Below, piece after piece: positions 26,685-36,088 of a DNA stretch of 64,000 bases. The stretch is from an uncultured Gammaproteobacteria bacterium (GTDB taxonomy: Bacteria; Patescibacteriota; Microgenomatia; JAMCZE01): contig CAZXMM010000001.1 in the NCBI GenBank assembly GCA_964641255.1, forward strand, positions 601,984-665,983, in the 5' to 3' direction. Under the pieces are notes generated by a model. It saw only the letters and a list, made by a program, of their open reading frames with translations. It searched no databases and was not told the origin of the DNA. Every line of letters begins with the position of its first letter. Position 1 is the stretch's first letter. The translations under genes were made by a program, and so were the position numbers.

Positions 26685-28892
26685 TTAGATTTTTAACAAG
26701 CTTTTTTCGGTGCGCTTGAGGAGTACTGCGTTCACTGCGACAATAATTGATGAAGCAGACATTAAAAGTGCTGCAAACTCAGGCCGCAGGGTGATTCCAA
26801 ACTTTGGATACAAAACTCCAGCAGCAATTGGAATGGCCAGAAGATTATAAACACTAGCCCAGGCTAGATTTTCTTTCATTTTTCGCACCGTGGCTTTTGA
26901 CAAACGGATTGCACGTAAGACATCTGCCGGGTCTGATCGCATCAGAACTACTTTAGCTGTTTCAATAGCCACATCGGTCCCGGCACCAATGGCAATGCCA
27001 ATATCTGCTTGGGCGAGTGCTGGAGCATCGTTGACGCCGTCACCAACCATGTCGACAAATTTGCCTTCATCTTGGAGCTTTTTAACATATTTTTCCTTAT
27101 CCTCTGGCAGAACCTCCGCAAAAACTCTTTCGATGCCGAGGCTTTTTGCCACACCATCTGCTGTCATTTTATTATCTCCCGTGATCATTGCCACTTCCAG
27201 GCCTAACTCTTTCATTTTGGTTACTGCGTCTTTAGCGTTTTCTTTTATGGGATCTTGGGCAGCGGCTACACCCGCCACTTTTCCATCGACTGATAAAACC
27301 ATAATGGTTTTTCCTTCAGACAAAAGCCGGTCAATATCCTTACTTAGGGCTGTAGTGTCTACATTCCTATCAGCCATGAGCTTTAAAGTGCCGACCAAAA
27401 TCTTTTTACTATCAACAATGGCCTCGACCCCATGACCAGATATTGAGTTGAACTTTTCGACCTTTTCAGAAATCATTAGTTTTCTTCTTTGTGCTTCTTC
27501 CAGAACAGCTTTACTTAAAGGATGCCCTGATTTTGCTTCCACAGCAGCATCAAGTTTTATAATGTCATTTTCAGTAAATCCTGTAGCTGCCACCACGTCG
27601 GTAATTTTTGGTTTCCCCTCTGTTAGGGTCCCAGTTTTGTCCATGACAACTGCTTGAATCTTTGAAACAGCTTCAAGTGTCGGTGCGTCCTTAATAAGAA
27701 TGTTGTGTTTTGCTCCTAGGCCTGTTCCCACAGCCACGGCAGTGGGAGTTGCTAGTCCCAAAGCATCGGGACAAGCAATAACTACAGTCGAAATTGCAAA
27801 ACTTAGGGCGAGAAGGAGCGGCTGACCCAGGATAAAAAACCAGACGACAAAGGTAATTAGACCTCCGCCGACAGCGACAATTACCAGATATTTAGCAAAT
27901 CGATCGGCAATTTTTTGCCCGGGAGCCTTGGAGCTTTGAGCCAGCTCAACCATTTTGACGATTTGAGCTAGAGCGGTATCCTCTCCCACTTTTGTGGCCT
28001 TAAATTGAACTGAACCAGAAGTGTTGATTGAGCCGCCGATAACCATATCACCAACTTTTTTGGAAACCGGGAGAGACTCTCCTGTCACCAAGGATTCGTC
28101 AATTGCTGTTTCTCCTTGTACAATTTCACCATCCACGGGAACTTTGTCACCAGGTTTAAGGATTAAAATATCGCCCAGCTTTACTTCTGAAGTCGGGATT
28201 AGTTCTTCTTTCCCATTTCGTAATATTCTGGCTTGCGGTGGAACTAAATTAAAGAGCGCTTGTAAGGCATCAGTTGTTCCACGCCTGGACTTCATCTCCA
28301 TCCAATGGCCAAAGAGAACAAAGGTAATAAGAAGTGCCGCGGCTTCGTAATAGGAGTCCCCACTGCCAAGAAAGGTAAGAAGAACACTAAAGCTATAGGC
28401 AGCAGTTATTCCAACAGCAATTAAAACTGCCATGTTAAGGGTTTTTGCTTGCAGGGCTTTATAGGTAGAATAAAGGAAAATCCAGCCGGAATAAAAAAAT
28501 ACTGGCGTAGTTAAGAAAAAGAGCAGCCAAGGCACGGGGATCGGTGAGGGCAAAGAAATCTTTAAAAATTGAGTTGCCAGGGGGGAATAAAGAATTATTG
28601 GGATTGAAAAGAAGAGAGAAAAGAAGAATTTATTGCGAATATCCTCTTCCATAAGTGCGGCCATCTCTCGACCAGCCAGGCCAGTGTGCTCCATCCCCAT
28701 ACTCATTGTCATGCTCATTTTGAATTTGTCCCACCTAGACATTTCGGAAACCGCCTTCATTGTGTGTTCTTTGTGCCCATCGTGATCCATTTTCATTTCT
28801 TTGAGAATTAATTTCATGCCACACTTTGGGCAGGTTCCAGGATCACTTTGTTGGACTTCCGGATGCATCGGGCAGGTGTAGATTTGCTTCAT
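26685..28892 (-). CDS. Copper-translocating P1B-type ATPase (CPD variant)
   Basis: YTCPMHP N-terminus, His/Met-rich linker, TGES, IACPDAL, DKTGT, GDGVND, YN and MSASS motifs. Confidence 0.95.
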   Translation of the reverse strand: MKQIYTCPMHPEVQQSDPGTCPKCGMKLILKEMKMDHDGHKEHTMKAVSEMSRWDKFKMSMTMSMGMEHTGLAGREMAALMEEDIRNKFFFSLFFSIPIILYSPLATQFLKISLPSPIPVPWLLFFLTTPVFFYSGWIFLYSTYKALQAKTLNMAVLIAVGITAAYSFSVLLTFLGSGDSYYEAAALLITFVLFGHWMEMKSRRGTTDALQALFNLVPPQARILRNGKEELIPTSEVKLGDILILKPGDKVPVDGEIVQGETAIDESLVTGESLPVSKKVGDMVIGGSINTSGSVQFKATKVGEDTALAQIVKMVELAQSSKAPGQKIADRFAKYLVIVAVGGGLITFVVWFFILGQPLLLALSFAISTVVIACPDALGLATPTAVAVGTGLGAKHNILIKDAPTLEAVSKIQAVVMDKTGTLTEGKPKITDVVAATGFTENDIIKLDAAVEAKSGHPLSKAVLEEAQRRKLMISEKVEKFNSISGHGVEAIVDSKKILVGTLKLMADRNVDTTALSKDIDRLLSEGKTIMVLSVDGKVAGVAAAQDPIKENAKDAVTKMKELGLEVAMITGDNKMTADGVAKSLGIERVFAEVLPEDKEKYVKKLQDEGKFVDMVGDGVNDAPALAQADIGIAIGAGTDVAIETAKVVLMRSDPADVLRAIRLSKATVRKMKENLAWASVYNLLAIPIAAGVLYPKFGITLRPEFAALLMSASSIIVAVNAVLLKRTEKSLLKI

Positions 28893-28941
28893 ATTACTAA
28901 TAATATCTCACTTTTGTTAAAAGAGGGTTTTTAAAATAGCT

Positions 28942-29583
28942 TTATAGGGTAAGTCTTTCTAATTTTGGAATAAACGCCGGTGTTTTTTGGGCATATGATC
29001 TATATCGCTCACCAAATTCTTTCTCACTGTCCTTTTCTTCTCGCTTGGCCAGTTTTAAATACATAAATACGAGAATTGGAAACATGGCTAAGGTTATAAG
29101 GGTCGGCCATTGCAGTAGTAGCCCAAACATAATAGCGATGAATCCTACATATTGGGGATGGCGAACACGAGCGTATAATCCTGTTGTTGCCAGATGGTGC
29201 TGTTTTTGAGCCCGATATAATTTATCCCAGGCCTTTGAAAGGATAATAAAACCACCGCCGATGAAAATATAGCTCAAGATATGTAAAGGACTAAAGTGTG
29301 GATCTCCACTCCAGCCCAGAATCGTTTCCGGAAGGTGGCCAGCATTGTGAGAAAAAAGATTTAATCCGGGAAAACGGGAACTGAGCCATCCAGAAAGCAA
29401 ATAAATAGTGAGAGGAAAACCATACATCTCAGTAAATAGAGCCACGATGAAGCCTGAGAACATTCCTAGTGACCGCCAATCCCGTGGAGATTTGGGTTTA
29501 GTGAAGCTGAAAGCAAAGATAATGAAAATGGCTGAATTGATAGCCACAAGGGGCCATAAGCCATAGGCTGGTGCGCTATCCAT
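28942..29583 (-). CDS. Isoprenylcysteine carboxylmethyltransferase-family membrane protein
   Basis: TTGLYARVRHPQY, EE..FG..Y..Y...PAF; likely start MDSAPAY. Confidence 0.9.
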   Translation of the reverse strand: MDSAPAYGLWPLVAINSAIFIIFAFSFTKPKSPRDWRSLGMFSGFIVALFTEMYGFPLTIYLLSGWLSSRFPGLNLFSHNAGHLPETILGWSGDPHFSPLHILSYIFIGGGFIILSKAWDKLYRAQKQHHLATTGLYARVRHPQYVGFIAIMFGLLLQWPTLITLAMFPILVFMYLKLAKREEKDSEKEFGERYRSYAQKTPAFIPKLERLTL

Positions 29584-29770
29584 GATGCTCCCCCTTTCCT
29601 TTTGTGTTGTCCTTGCCGTGTTCCCCATGACCTGCATGCATAAAAAGATGAGCGAGGATAAAAGCCCCCAGCAAAATATATTGCACATTACCAAAAAGAT
29701 GTGCTTGGTGTTCGGTTAGAAGATAAAAAGAGAGTGCCACTCCTGAGATAATAAGTACGGTAGTTTTCAT
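29576..29770 (-). CDS. DUF2933-like small membrane protein
   Basis: EH.AHL...HLFMH.GHG.H. Confidence 0.75.
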   Translation of the reverse strand: MKTTVLIISGVALSFYLLTEHQAHLFGNVQYILLGAFILAHLFMHAGHGEHGKDNTKGKGEHHG

Positions 29771-29780
29771 AAATTAATGA

Positions 29781-29797
29781 TACTACATAGTGTAGTA
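29781..29797. promoter_or_regulatory. BlaI/CopY-type operator
   Basis: TACTACATAGTGTAGTA 10 nt upstream of the 29770 start. Confidence 0.75.
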
Positions 29798-29863
29798 ATA
29801 TCTCTGATTATAACTTTTTGTTTATTAAGGATTTATGAAGAGGTCAAAGAAGAGCACCTAGTG

Positions 29864-30178
29864 TTAAAGAACACCTGGAGGCCCCCGGGGAGAAATTGCT
29901 GATAATAGGCCGGAGTCTTTCCAAAAGGTAGTAATTTCTGGTCGATTTCGTTTATCTTCTCGGGCACTATTATCTAAAACTAACATCACTTGGTGGGTTT
30001 TGCCGCGATCCCGCCCCAAGCTAAATTCAGAATATTTGGGAGATTGTTTCTGGCTAATGATCAGTTGCGTGTGGGCAGAACTGTCTTTTGCTCCAGTCAT
30101 GTGCATTCCAACAAAAATACTTGTCAGGACAAAGATTGCCGCTATAGTGATGTAACTCAGGCGTTTTTTGCTTTTCAT
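29864..30178 (-). CDS. Hypothetical protein (RGPP C-terminus)
   Basis: SD present, N-terminal TM, ends ...PRGPPGVL. Confidence 0.55.
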   Translation of the reverse strand: MKSKKRLSYITIAAIFVLTSIFVGMHMTGAKDSSAHTQLIISQKQSPKYSEFSLGRDRGKTHQVMLVLDNSAREDKRNRPEITTFWKDSGLLSAISPRGPPGVL

Positions 30179-30335
30179 CCTGTCACCTCCTTTCTTAAAG
30201 TCATCTTACAATTACGGTCATTAAGAGATAATGAAGTTGGTATGAAGAAGTTTTATGGTGGGTCAGTTTTAGAAAACAAAATATCCCCTGGGCATTTGGG
30301 ATACTTTGTTTCAGGCAGTATTTTCAGGCCGCTAT

Positions 30336-30584
30336 TTATGTTTTGTCGTCTAAATTTTCCATCATTTTGGTGCAGCCTTCTTTCCAATTTTCTCCATGAT
30401 GACTTTTCATCATATCAATCATTGAATCTTTCTGTTGTGATGTCAGACCTGTCATCATGCTTTGGTGGTAGTCTTTTACAGCTTCTTCTTGTGCAAATAC
30501 CTGCCCGCTTCCAAAAGTGTGCCAACCAACAAAAGCTGCTAACCCTATAAAAACAACTGTCACTGCTAAATAAACTTTATTCAT
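30336..30584 (-). CDS. Small His/Met-rich exported protein
   Basis: Signal/TM then YHQSMM...MMKSHHG..GC..MM. Confidence 0.7.
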   Translation of the reverse strand: MNKVYLAVTVVFIGLAAFVGWHTFGSGQVFAQEEAVKDYHQSMMTGLTSQQKDSMIDMMKSHHGENWKEGCTKMMENLDDKT

Positions 30585-30601
30585 ATATTTTCACCTCCAA
30601 T

Positions 30602-30790
30602 TCAATGGTTATGCTTGCCGCCGCCCATCATCCAAAGATGCATTAGCGGGCAAAGCAGAACCGCACCAAATATAAATACGGAACTAATCGGAACTTTAAA
30701 GATAAAGATTGCTCCTAGAGCAAGTACTATTAATGCAAAACACACGCCTAGTGTTTTTGTCGAAAGGAATGATTTTTTATCCATATTCAT
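30602..30790 (-). CDS. DUF2933-like small membrane protein
   Basis: LLCPLMHLWMMGG.H.H. Confidence 0.8.
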   Translation of the reverse strand: MNMDKKSFLSTKTLGVCFALIVLALGAIFIFKVPISSVFIFGAVLLCPLMHLWMMGGGKHNH

Positions 30791-30836
30791 GTCTGAAGAA
30801 TAACAAACTGCCCATTAAGAAATTGTGAAGCTAAAG

Positions 30837-32237
30837 TTAGGAATTCTTTAAAGGGAGAGTAATTTGCACTTTTGTGCCTTTTCCTAGTTCACTTGAAAGG
30901 CTAACTGTGCCTCCGTGAGCTGTTACAATTGCTTGAGTAATTGCCAGACCAAGTCCTGAGCCAAGAGTCTTGTCTGTTTTTGCACCTCGGTAGAATCGTT
31001 CAAACACATGAGATTGTTCCTCTTTGGCAATTCCCAGACCAGTGTCTGAAATTTCAAATATTGCTTCTTGCCCCACGGCTTTTAGATTAATTTGAACTTT
31101 TCTTTTTTGGGGAGTGTACTTGATGGCGTTATCCACAACATTTAAAAGCGCTCGCATTACTTTGTCTCTTCTTCCAGACACTACAATTTCTTTCTCAATG
31201 TGGCCGGAAACATTGATTTGTTTTTTTGCTGCCAATTTTTGAGCAAGGTCAAAAACTTCATTTGCCAACTCCGAAAAATTAAATGAGTCTTTCGACACTT
31301 TCGACTGATCAGCTTCGGACCAGGCCAAATCTAAAACATTTGTCAGTGTGGAAGATAGTTTATCAACGTCAATCAAAGTCTCTGCCAAGGTCTCTTTATA
31401 TTCCTCTAGGTTTCGCTGCTTTGATAAAGCAATCTCAACACTGCTTCTCATGGTGGCAAGAGGGGTTTTCATCTCATGAGCCACATCGCCAATAAATTGT
31501 CGTTCTCGCCCAAATGCCTGTGATAATCTCGCTAGTAACCCATTAAACGTTGTTGCTAGTTCTTCCACTTCATCGTGAGTTTTGGGAATTGGCACCTGGT
31601 CCTCAAGGTTCTTGCTAGAAATATTTTTAAGTTTCCCGGAAATATCAGTAATTGGTCGCATGGCAACCTTTGCTAGCAGATGAACGCCTATGATTGTTGG
31701 AATAAAAAGCAAAACATACACCGTGACTAAAATTAGCAAAAGGGAATTGAGCGAGCGGTAGATAGCCTCAACTGGGTCACCCATAAAGACATGACCAATG
31801 GTGGTGCCATTTTTGACTATTGGGAAAATGCCTATGCGCAAAATTGTTGATCCAACCGACCTTTCAACAAAAGTGGGTTTGATAAGTGCTGTTGATTTTT
31901 CAACTAGGTCTTTAATTACTTTATTTTCTTCTGCCCCTGTTTGTGAGTCAGCTACTATTTTGCCAGCGGGATTAGTTATTAAAACAAGCATTCCCGGCAT
32001 TTCTGAGAATTGCTGGGCAATAACTCCTTGGTTAAAAGCTCCAGTCATCATGGTTGATTGTTCGCTCTGGGCAATTTTTGCAATTGCTTCTCCGTGAGAA
32101 ATAATTCTACTGTCAGTGTGAGAAAGAAGCGTTTGTTTGGTAATCAGGTAGAAAGCGGCAAAAATAATGGCAGTACTGATAAAGAAAGCCAGTGAATACC
32201 AAAGTGTCAATCTGAACCGAATTCCTCGAAAGTTCAT
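30837..32237 (-). CDS. Heavy-metal sensor histidine kinase (CusS-like)
   Basis: Two TM, HAMP, AHEMKTPL, NAIKY and GSGLGL motifs. Confidence 0.93.
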   Translation of the reverse strand: MNFRGIRFRLTLWYSLAFFISTAIIFAAFYLITKQTLLSHTDSRIISHGEAIAKIAQSEQSTMMTGAFNQGVIAQQFSEMPGMLVLITNPAGKIVADSQTGAEENKVIKDLVEKSTALIKPTFVERSVGSTILRIGIFPIVKNGTTIGHVFMGDPVEAIYRSLNSLLLILVTVYVLLFIPTIIGVHLLAKVAMRPITDISGKLKNISSKNLEDQVPIPKTHDEVEELATTFNGLLARLSQAFGRERQFIGDVAHEMKTPLATMRSSVEIALSKQRNLEEYKETLAETLIDVDKLSSTLTNVLDLAWSEADQSKVSKDSFNFSELANEVFDLAQKLAAKKQINVSGHIEKEIVVSGRRDKVMRALLNVVDNAIKYTPQKRKVQINLKAVGQEAIFEISDTGLGIAKEEQSHVFERFYRGAKTDKTLGSGLGLAITQAIVTAHGGTVSLSSELGKGTKVQITLPLKNS

Positions 32238-32241
32238 AGTT

Positions 32242-32913
32242 TTATTCTACTGCCATTTTGTAGCCAACTCCATGAAGTGTGTGAAGAAGCTTAGTTTTGG
32301 AGTTTTTATCCAGTTTAGCTCGGAGAGTCGCTATGAAAACGTCAACAATATTACTCATACCGTCAAAGTTGTAGTCCCACACATGCTCAATAATCATGGT
32401 TCTTGTGACCACCTCGCCTTTATGCCGGAGAAGTAGTTCTAAAACTGCAAATTCTTTCGGCGTTAGCTTCAACTCCTTGTCAGCCCGCACCGCGGTATGC
32501 TTAATGGGATCTAGTTCCAAATCAGCAAGTTTCAAAGTTCCACTCGGATTATTGTGACTTCTTCTAATTAAAGCTTGCACTCTTGATCTAAGCTCAATAA
32601 ACGAAAACGGTTTAGCCAAGTAATCATCAGCACCAGAATCTAGACCTACCGCGATGTCTTCAACTGTGTCTTTTGCCGTCAACATCATAATTGGAGTTTT
32701 AATATCTTTTTTCCGAAGATTCTTACAGACTGTTACCCCGTCAATTTTGGGTAGCATGAGATCAAGAACAATGAGGTCGTATTGCTCGTTTTCTGCCAAG
32801 TATTGACCTTCCTCGCCGTCAAACGCTTGATCTACGGCAAAGCCTTGTTCAGTAAAACCCTTTTTAATAACGTCAGAAAGACGTTTTTCATCTTCTATTA
32901 ATAATATGCGCAT
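32242..32913 (-). CDS. OmpR-family response regulator (CusR-like)
   Basis: LLIEDE, DLMLP, GADDYLAKPF and winged-helix motifs. Confidence 0.95.
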   Translation of the reverse strand: MRILLIEDEKRLSDVIKKGFTEQGFAVDQAFDGEEGQYLAENEQYDLIVLDLMLPKIDGVTVCKNLRKKDIKTPIMMLTAKDTVEDIAVGLDSGADDYLAKPFSFIELRSRVQALIRRSHNNPSGTLKLADLELDPIKHTAVRADKELKLTPKEFAVLELLLRHKGEVVTRTMIIEHVWDYNFDGMSNIVDVFIATLRAKLDKNSKTKLLHTLHGVGYKMAVE

Positions 32914-32927
32914 GGCTGTATTCTACC

Positions 32928-33875
32928 TCAAACCCCACAACCACCGCCTGATTTTGGCGGTTCTTGAACAATTCCTGCCTCGACAAGCCATGTTTTGGCC
33001 GCTTGCCAACCAGAGGCAGAAGAGTAGTCCTTACTAAGTAATAAGCGGGGATCAATGTCTTTGAACGCCTTATTTTCTTTATTTTTGAAATAACTGGCAA
33101 GATCGTAATAATTTGTCGGAAACCAAAAAGCATTAACATATTTGGCGGCCTGGAACATTTCATCTTGACTGGCTCCGTTTGCGGTCATCAGTTCAAGAAC
33201 TCCAAGCAAAGCCATCCCGTGATTGCAATCAGGAAAAGCGGTGGAATTATTACAACAAGGTCGATAAATTTGGGACGCCACAGTTTGGATAAGGTCTTCT
33301 TGCGCTGGCGTCAAATTAATCAGGTTCTCTTTTGAGTAGTAATTCATTGCACTCCCTCGCCCAAGCGTCCATCCGCCGGTAGAGGCAAAATTACCTAAAT
33401 CTTTTTCTCCACCATATTTCACAATCTCTCCGGAGGTCAATATTTTTGAATTGTTAGCAAGTCCCACCGCCCAAAAGAAATTTAGAATGAAATATGAATT
33501 CTCGCGCGTAATTTTTATTTTTTGATTTGATCCCTTAGTTAAAATCCTTTCCTGATCAGCAGTAAGTGGCTGGCCTGACGACTGGTATACGGCTTTAAAT
33601 TTCTCCAGATCAATTACTCCTGATTGAATCATTTTTGGCCCAAGCTCTCCGTAGGAAAGATTAAGCTGATAACCTGCCGGCGGGTTTATTTCGCTATAAA
33701 TTTCGTTGCTAACAGCATTTGTAATGGTAGTGACTTTTTCAGGCGGTTTAACAGTAGATACTTGCTCAACTTTTTGAAAAGGGAAAGTAAATCCAGTTTT
33801 TGGCAAAAGTGCAACTATTAAGAAAAGATTGACTCCCAAGCTTACAATTAAAATAATGGACAAGCGTCTAATCAT
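32928..33875 (-). CDS. Membrane-anchored Cys-motif protein
   Basis: RPCCNNST.FPDCNHG motif, GGGCGV C-terminus. Confidence 0.7.
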   Translation of the reverse strand: MIRRLSIILIVSLGVNLFLIVALLPKTGFTFPFQKVEQVSTVKPPEKVTTITNAVSNEIYSEINPPAGYQLNLSYGELGPKMIQSGVIDLEKFKAVYQSSGQPLTADQERILTKGSNQKIKITRENSYFILNFFWAVGLANNSKILTSGEIVKYGGEKDLGNFASTGGWTLGRGSAMNYYSKENLINLTPAQEDLIQTVASQIYRPCCNNSTAFPDCNHGMALLGVLELMTANGASQDEMFQAAKYVNAFWFPTNYYDLASYFKNKENKAFKDIDPRLLLSKDYSSASGWQAAKTWLVEAGIVQEPPKSGGGCGV

Positions 33876-34704
33876 GTTTTGTCGATCGAAGTAATTTGTA
33901 GAAGACAAAGAGAATCAATAAAAATACTCCTAAATCGGCAATCGGATTCTGGAAATATTTAGCAATATTAAAAACCACCATCCGAATTGTTTGGCTATAT
34001 GGTTCCATTTGATTCATTTGAATTTTCCCCAGATAGTTAAATATCGCAATTAAAACTCCAGTAACCAAGAAGATTCCAGCGCCGATCCACTTGAAGGTGT
34101 TATAGATTTTTTGGCGATTTGGGCCGCCAATTTTGGAAGCGGCTTTTTCGTAAAACATCGACATCAGAAAAAGTGGAAAAACAATTCCTAAGACGTAGGC
34201 AAACGACACGATGAGGGCTTGAAACAGCGTCGGTGATAATGATGTAAGTGTAATTGCAGCGAAAAGCACTGGGGCACAGCAAGCAGAAGTAAGTCCCGAC
34301 ATAAGCCCCAGTCCAAAGACAGAAACAGCGTTTATATCTTTTGTAGGACCACCAGAAACGTGGAAAAACTGCGGAATGTGGAGAATAGGCTTAATTGTCA
34401 TGATTCCCATCAAAATCATTATTGCTGCGCCCAGATAATAGATGGGAGTGTGATATGAATCCAAAAAGAAAATTGCAAATCTGAAGCCAAGAGCAATAGG
34501 AATGAGAATGAAAGCCAGTCCGATGGCAAAAAGAAGAGTATAGAACATCACCTTAGGTCGATTGCCTTTTCCATCTGATGACTTAAAGATTGTTCCCAGA
34601 TAAGAAGGAAACAGAAATGTAATGCAACATGGGGCAAATAGAGCCAATACTCCAGCTAGAAATGAGGCTGTGAGAGAAATCCCAAATAAAAAATTTGCAT
34701 CCAT
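33868..34704 (-). CDS. CcdA/DsbD-type thiol-disulfide transporter
   Basis: AGVLALFAPCC and SACCAPVL motifs. Confidence 0.85.
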   Translation of the reverse strand: MDANFLFGISLTASFLAGVLALFAPCCITFLFPSYLGTIFKSSDGKGNRPKVMFYTLLFAIGLAFILIPIALGFRFAIFFLDSYHTPIYYLGAAIMILMGIMTIKPILHIPQFFHVSGGPTKDINAVSVFGLGLMSGLTSACCAPVLFAAITLTSLSPTLFQALIVSFAYVLGIVFPLFLMSMFYEKAASKIGGPNRQKIYNTFKWIGAGIFLVTGVLIAIFNYLGKIQMNQMEPYSQTIRMVVFNIAKYFQNPIADLGVFLLILFVFYKLLRSTKHD

Positions 34705-34725
34705 AACTTATTAACTTGGGCAGTC

Positions 34726-35223
34726 TTACTTAACATTTGCTTTGACAGCAAAGACTAATTTTTGGTGCTCAGGATCGTTGGTTGTTAGGTAAACTTCTCT
34801 TTCAACTGGGCCATAAACTGGCATAGTTGCAGGTCGATAAATCACTCGGACTGTTGCCGTGGTATTTGGGGCGATTTCTGTAACAAACCCACTTTGTGAA
34901 TGCATGCCAAATTCCTTACTAGTTTCTCCTTTGTAAATGATCTGGCCATTTGTGCATCCGCAGCTTGAATTAATATTCAGAATTTGTAATGGTTTATTAC
35001 CAGTGTTAGTCAAGGCGAAATCTTTTTGCTTAACGTCAGAAACCTTGATTTCTCCGAAATCAAATAATGCGTCTTTCATTTCAGCAATGGGTCGTTCTTT
35101 AGTTGTTGTTGCATATGAGGCCACCTGTGGTTCGGGTTTTTGTCCTGTGGTGAGAAGAAAGGAAACTCCAATAATTAAAACCAGGAAAACTGCAAGACTG
35201 ATGATGATTGTTTTGGTGTTCAC
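34726..35223 (-). CDS. DUF1573-domain protein
   Basis: F..TNTGNKPLQI..INSSCGCT. Confidence 0.85.
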   Translation of the reverse strand: MNTKTIIISLAVFLVLIIGVSFLLTTGQKPEPQVASYATTTKERPIAEMKDALFDFGEIKVSDVKQKDFALTNTGNKPLQILNINSSCGCTNGQIIYKGETSKEFGMHSQSGFVTEIAPNTTATVRVIYRPATMPVYGPVEREVYLTTNDPEHQKLVFAVKANVK

Positions 35224-35480
35224 CGTTGGCTATATTTAAAAGTTTTAACTAACTCGTCTGTCATTTGTTCGGGTTTCATTTTAGGCAAACACTCTTTGAA
35301 ATGTTTTTGCACGAGGGCCTTGTCAACCATTCGGAGATTCTCAATGGCTTTATTAATTGTTAATATAATTGTAGGTACAGCAACTCCCTGCTCAAAATCT
35401 CTCATTGCCTGTTCGAGCTGAATTTTCGCCAAATTGATTTGTTTTAGAGCTTTAGCTTTTGGAGATAATCTGGTTGTCAT
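35220..35480 (-). CDS. CsoR/RcnR-like metal sensor (divergent)
   Basis: Helical 86 aa protein with HFKEC; first Cys ligand not seen. Confidence 0.55.
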   Translation of the reverse strand: MTTRLSPKAKALKQINLAKIQLEQAMRDFEQGVAVPTIILTINKAIENLRMVDKALVQKHFKECLPKMKPEQMTDELVKTFKYSQR

Positions 35481-35776
35481 GAAGCAATATTACTCCCTGG
35501 AAGATTAAGGAATTATGAAGAAAACAAGTTTCTGTTAAGGCCTGTTGGTAACTCTCCAAGAGAGTATAACGACTGGACAACACAACAAATAATAACAACC
35601 AGATCTAGAAGTATATGAAGCCTCGTAAAACAGTCGGCACTACTTTTTATTTAGTCCTTTCCAAAAATAAGCAATTCCCAGAATTAGAAACACAATTAAT
35701 AATAGCCAGGTTAGGCCTCCAAAAACCCCCCAACCTGACATCATGCTGCCGTAATATCCCATCATGTTTTGTCACC

Positions 35777-36034
35777 TCATTTCTTAGAAAATCTTTCCAG
35801 ATTCCAACCAAAGATATATCCACCCACCCAGGAAATTCCTGTAAATAAAAGTCCACCCATTACAGCCGAGGTCAAGTTTAAATTGAAATGCCCAATGCCA
35901 CTTCCGAAAGACAAAAGATCTGCCGCAACTTTATAAAGATCTGGGAGTAACATTGCTGTTAGAGCGCAAGCGATCCAGAGTATACCACCTGTTGTCGCTG
36001 CAGCATTTGCAAATGATAGAGCAGAAAATTTCAT
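35777..36034 (-). CDS. Small membrane protein (DUF5676-like)
   Basis: Two hydrophobic segments typical of copper clusters. Confidence 0.6.
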   Translation of the reverse strand: MKFSALSFANAAATTGGILWIACALTAMLLPDLYKVAADLLSFGSGIGHFNLNLTSAVMGGLLFTGISWVGGYIFGWNLERFSKK

Positions 36035-36088
36035 TTTCTCACCTCCTCTCCATCAAGCATACTGCCTTTATACTTTAGGAATCAATAT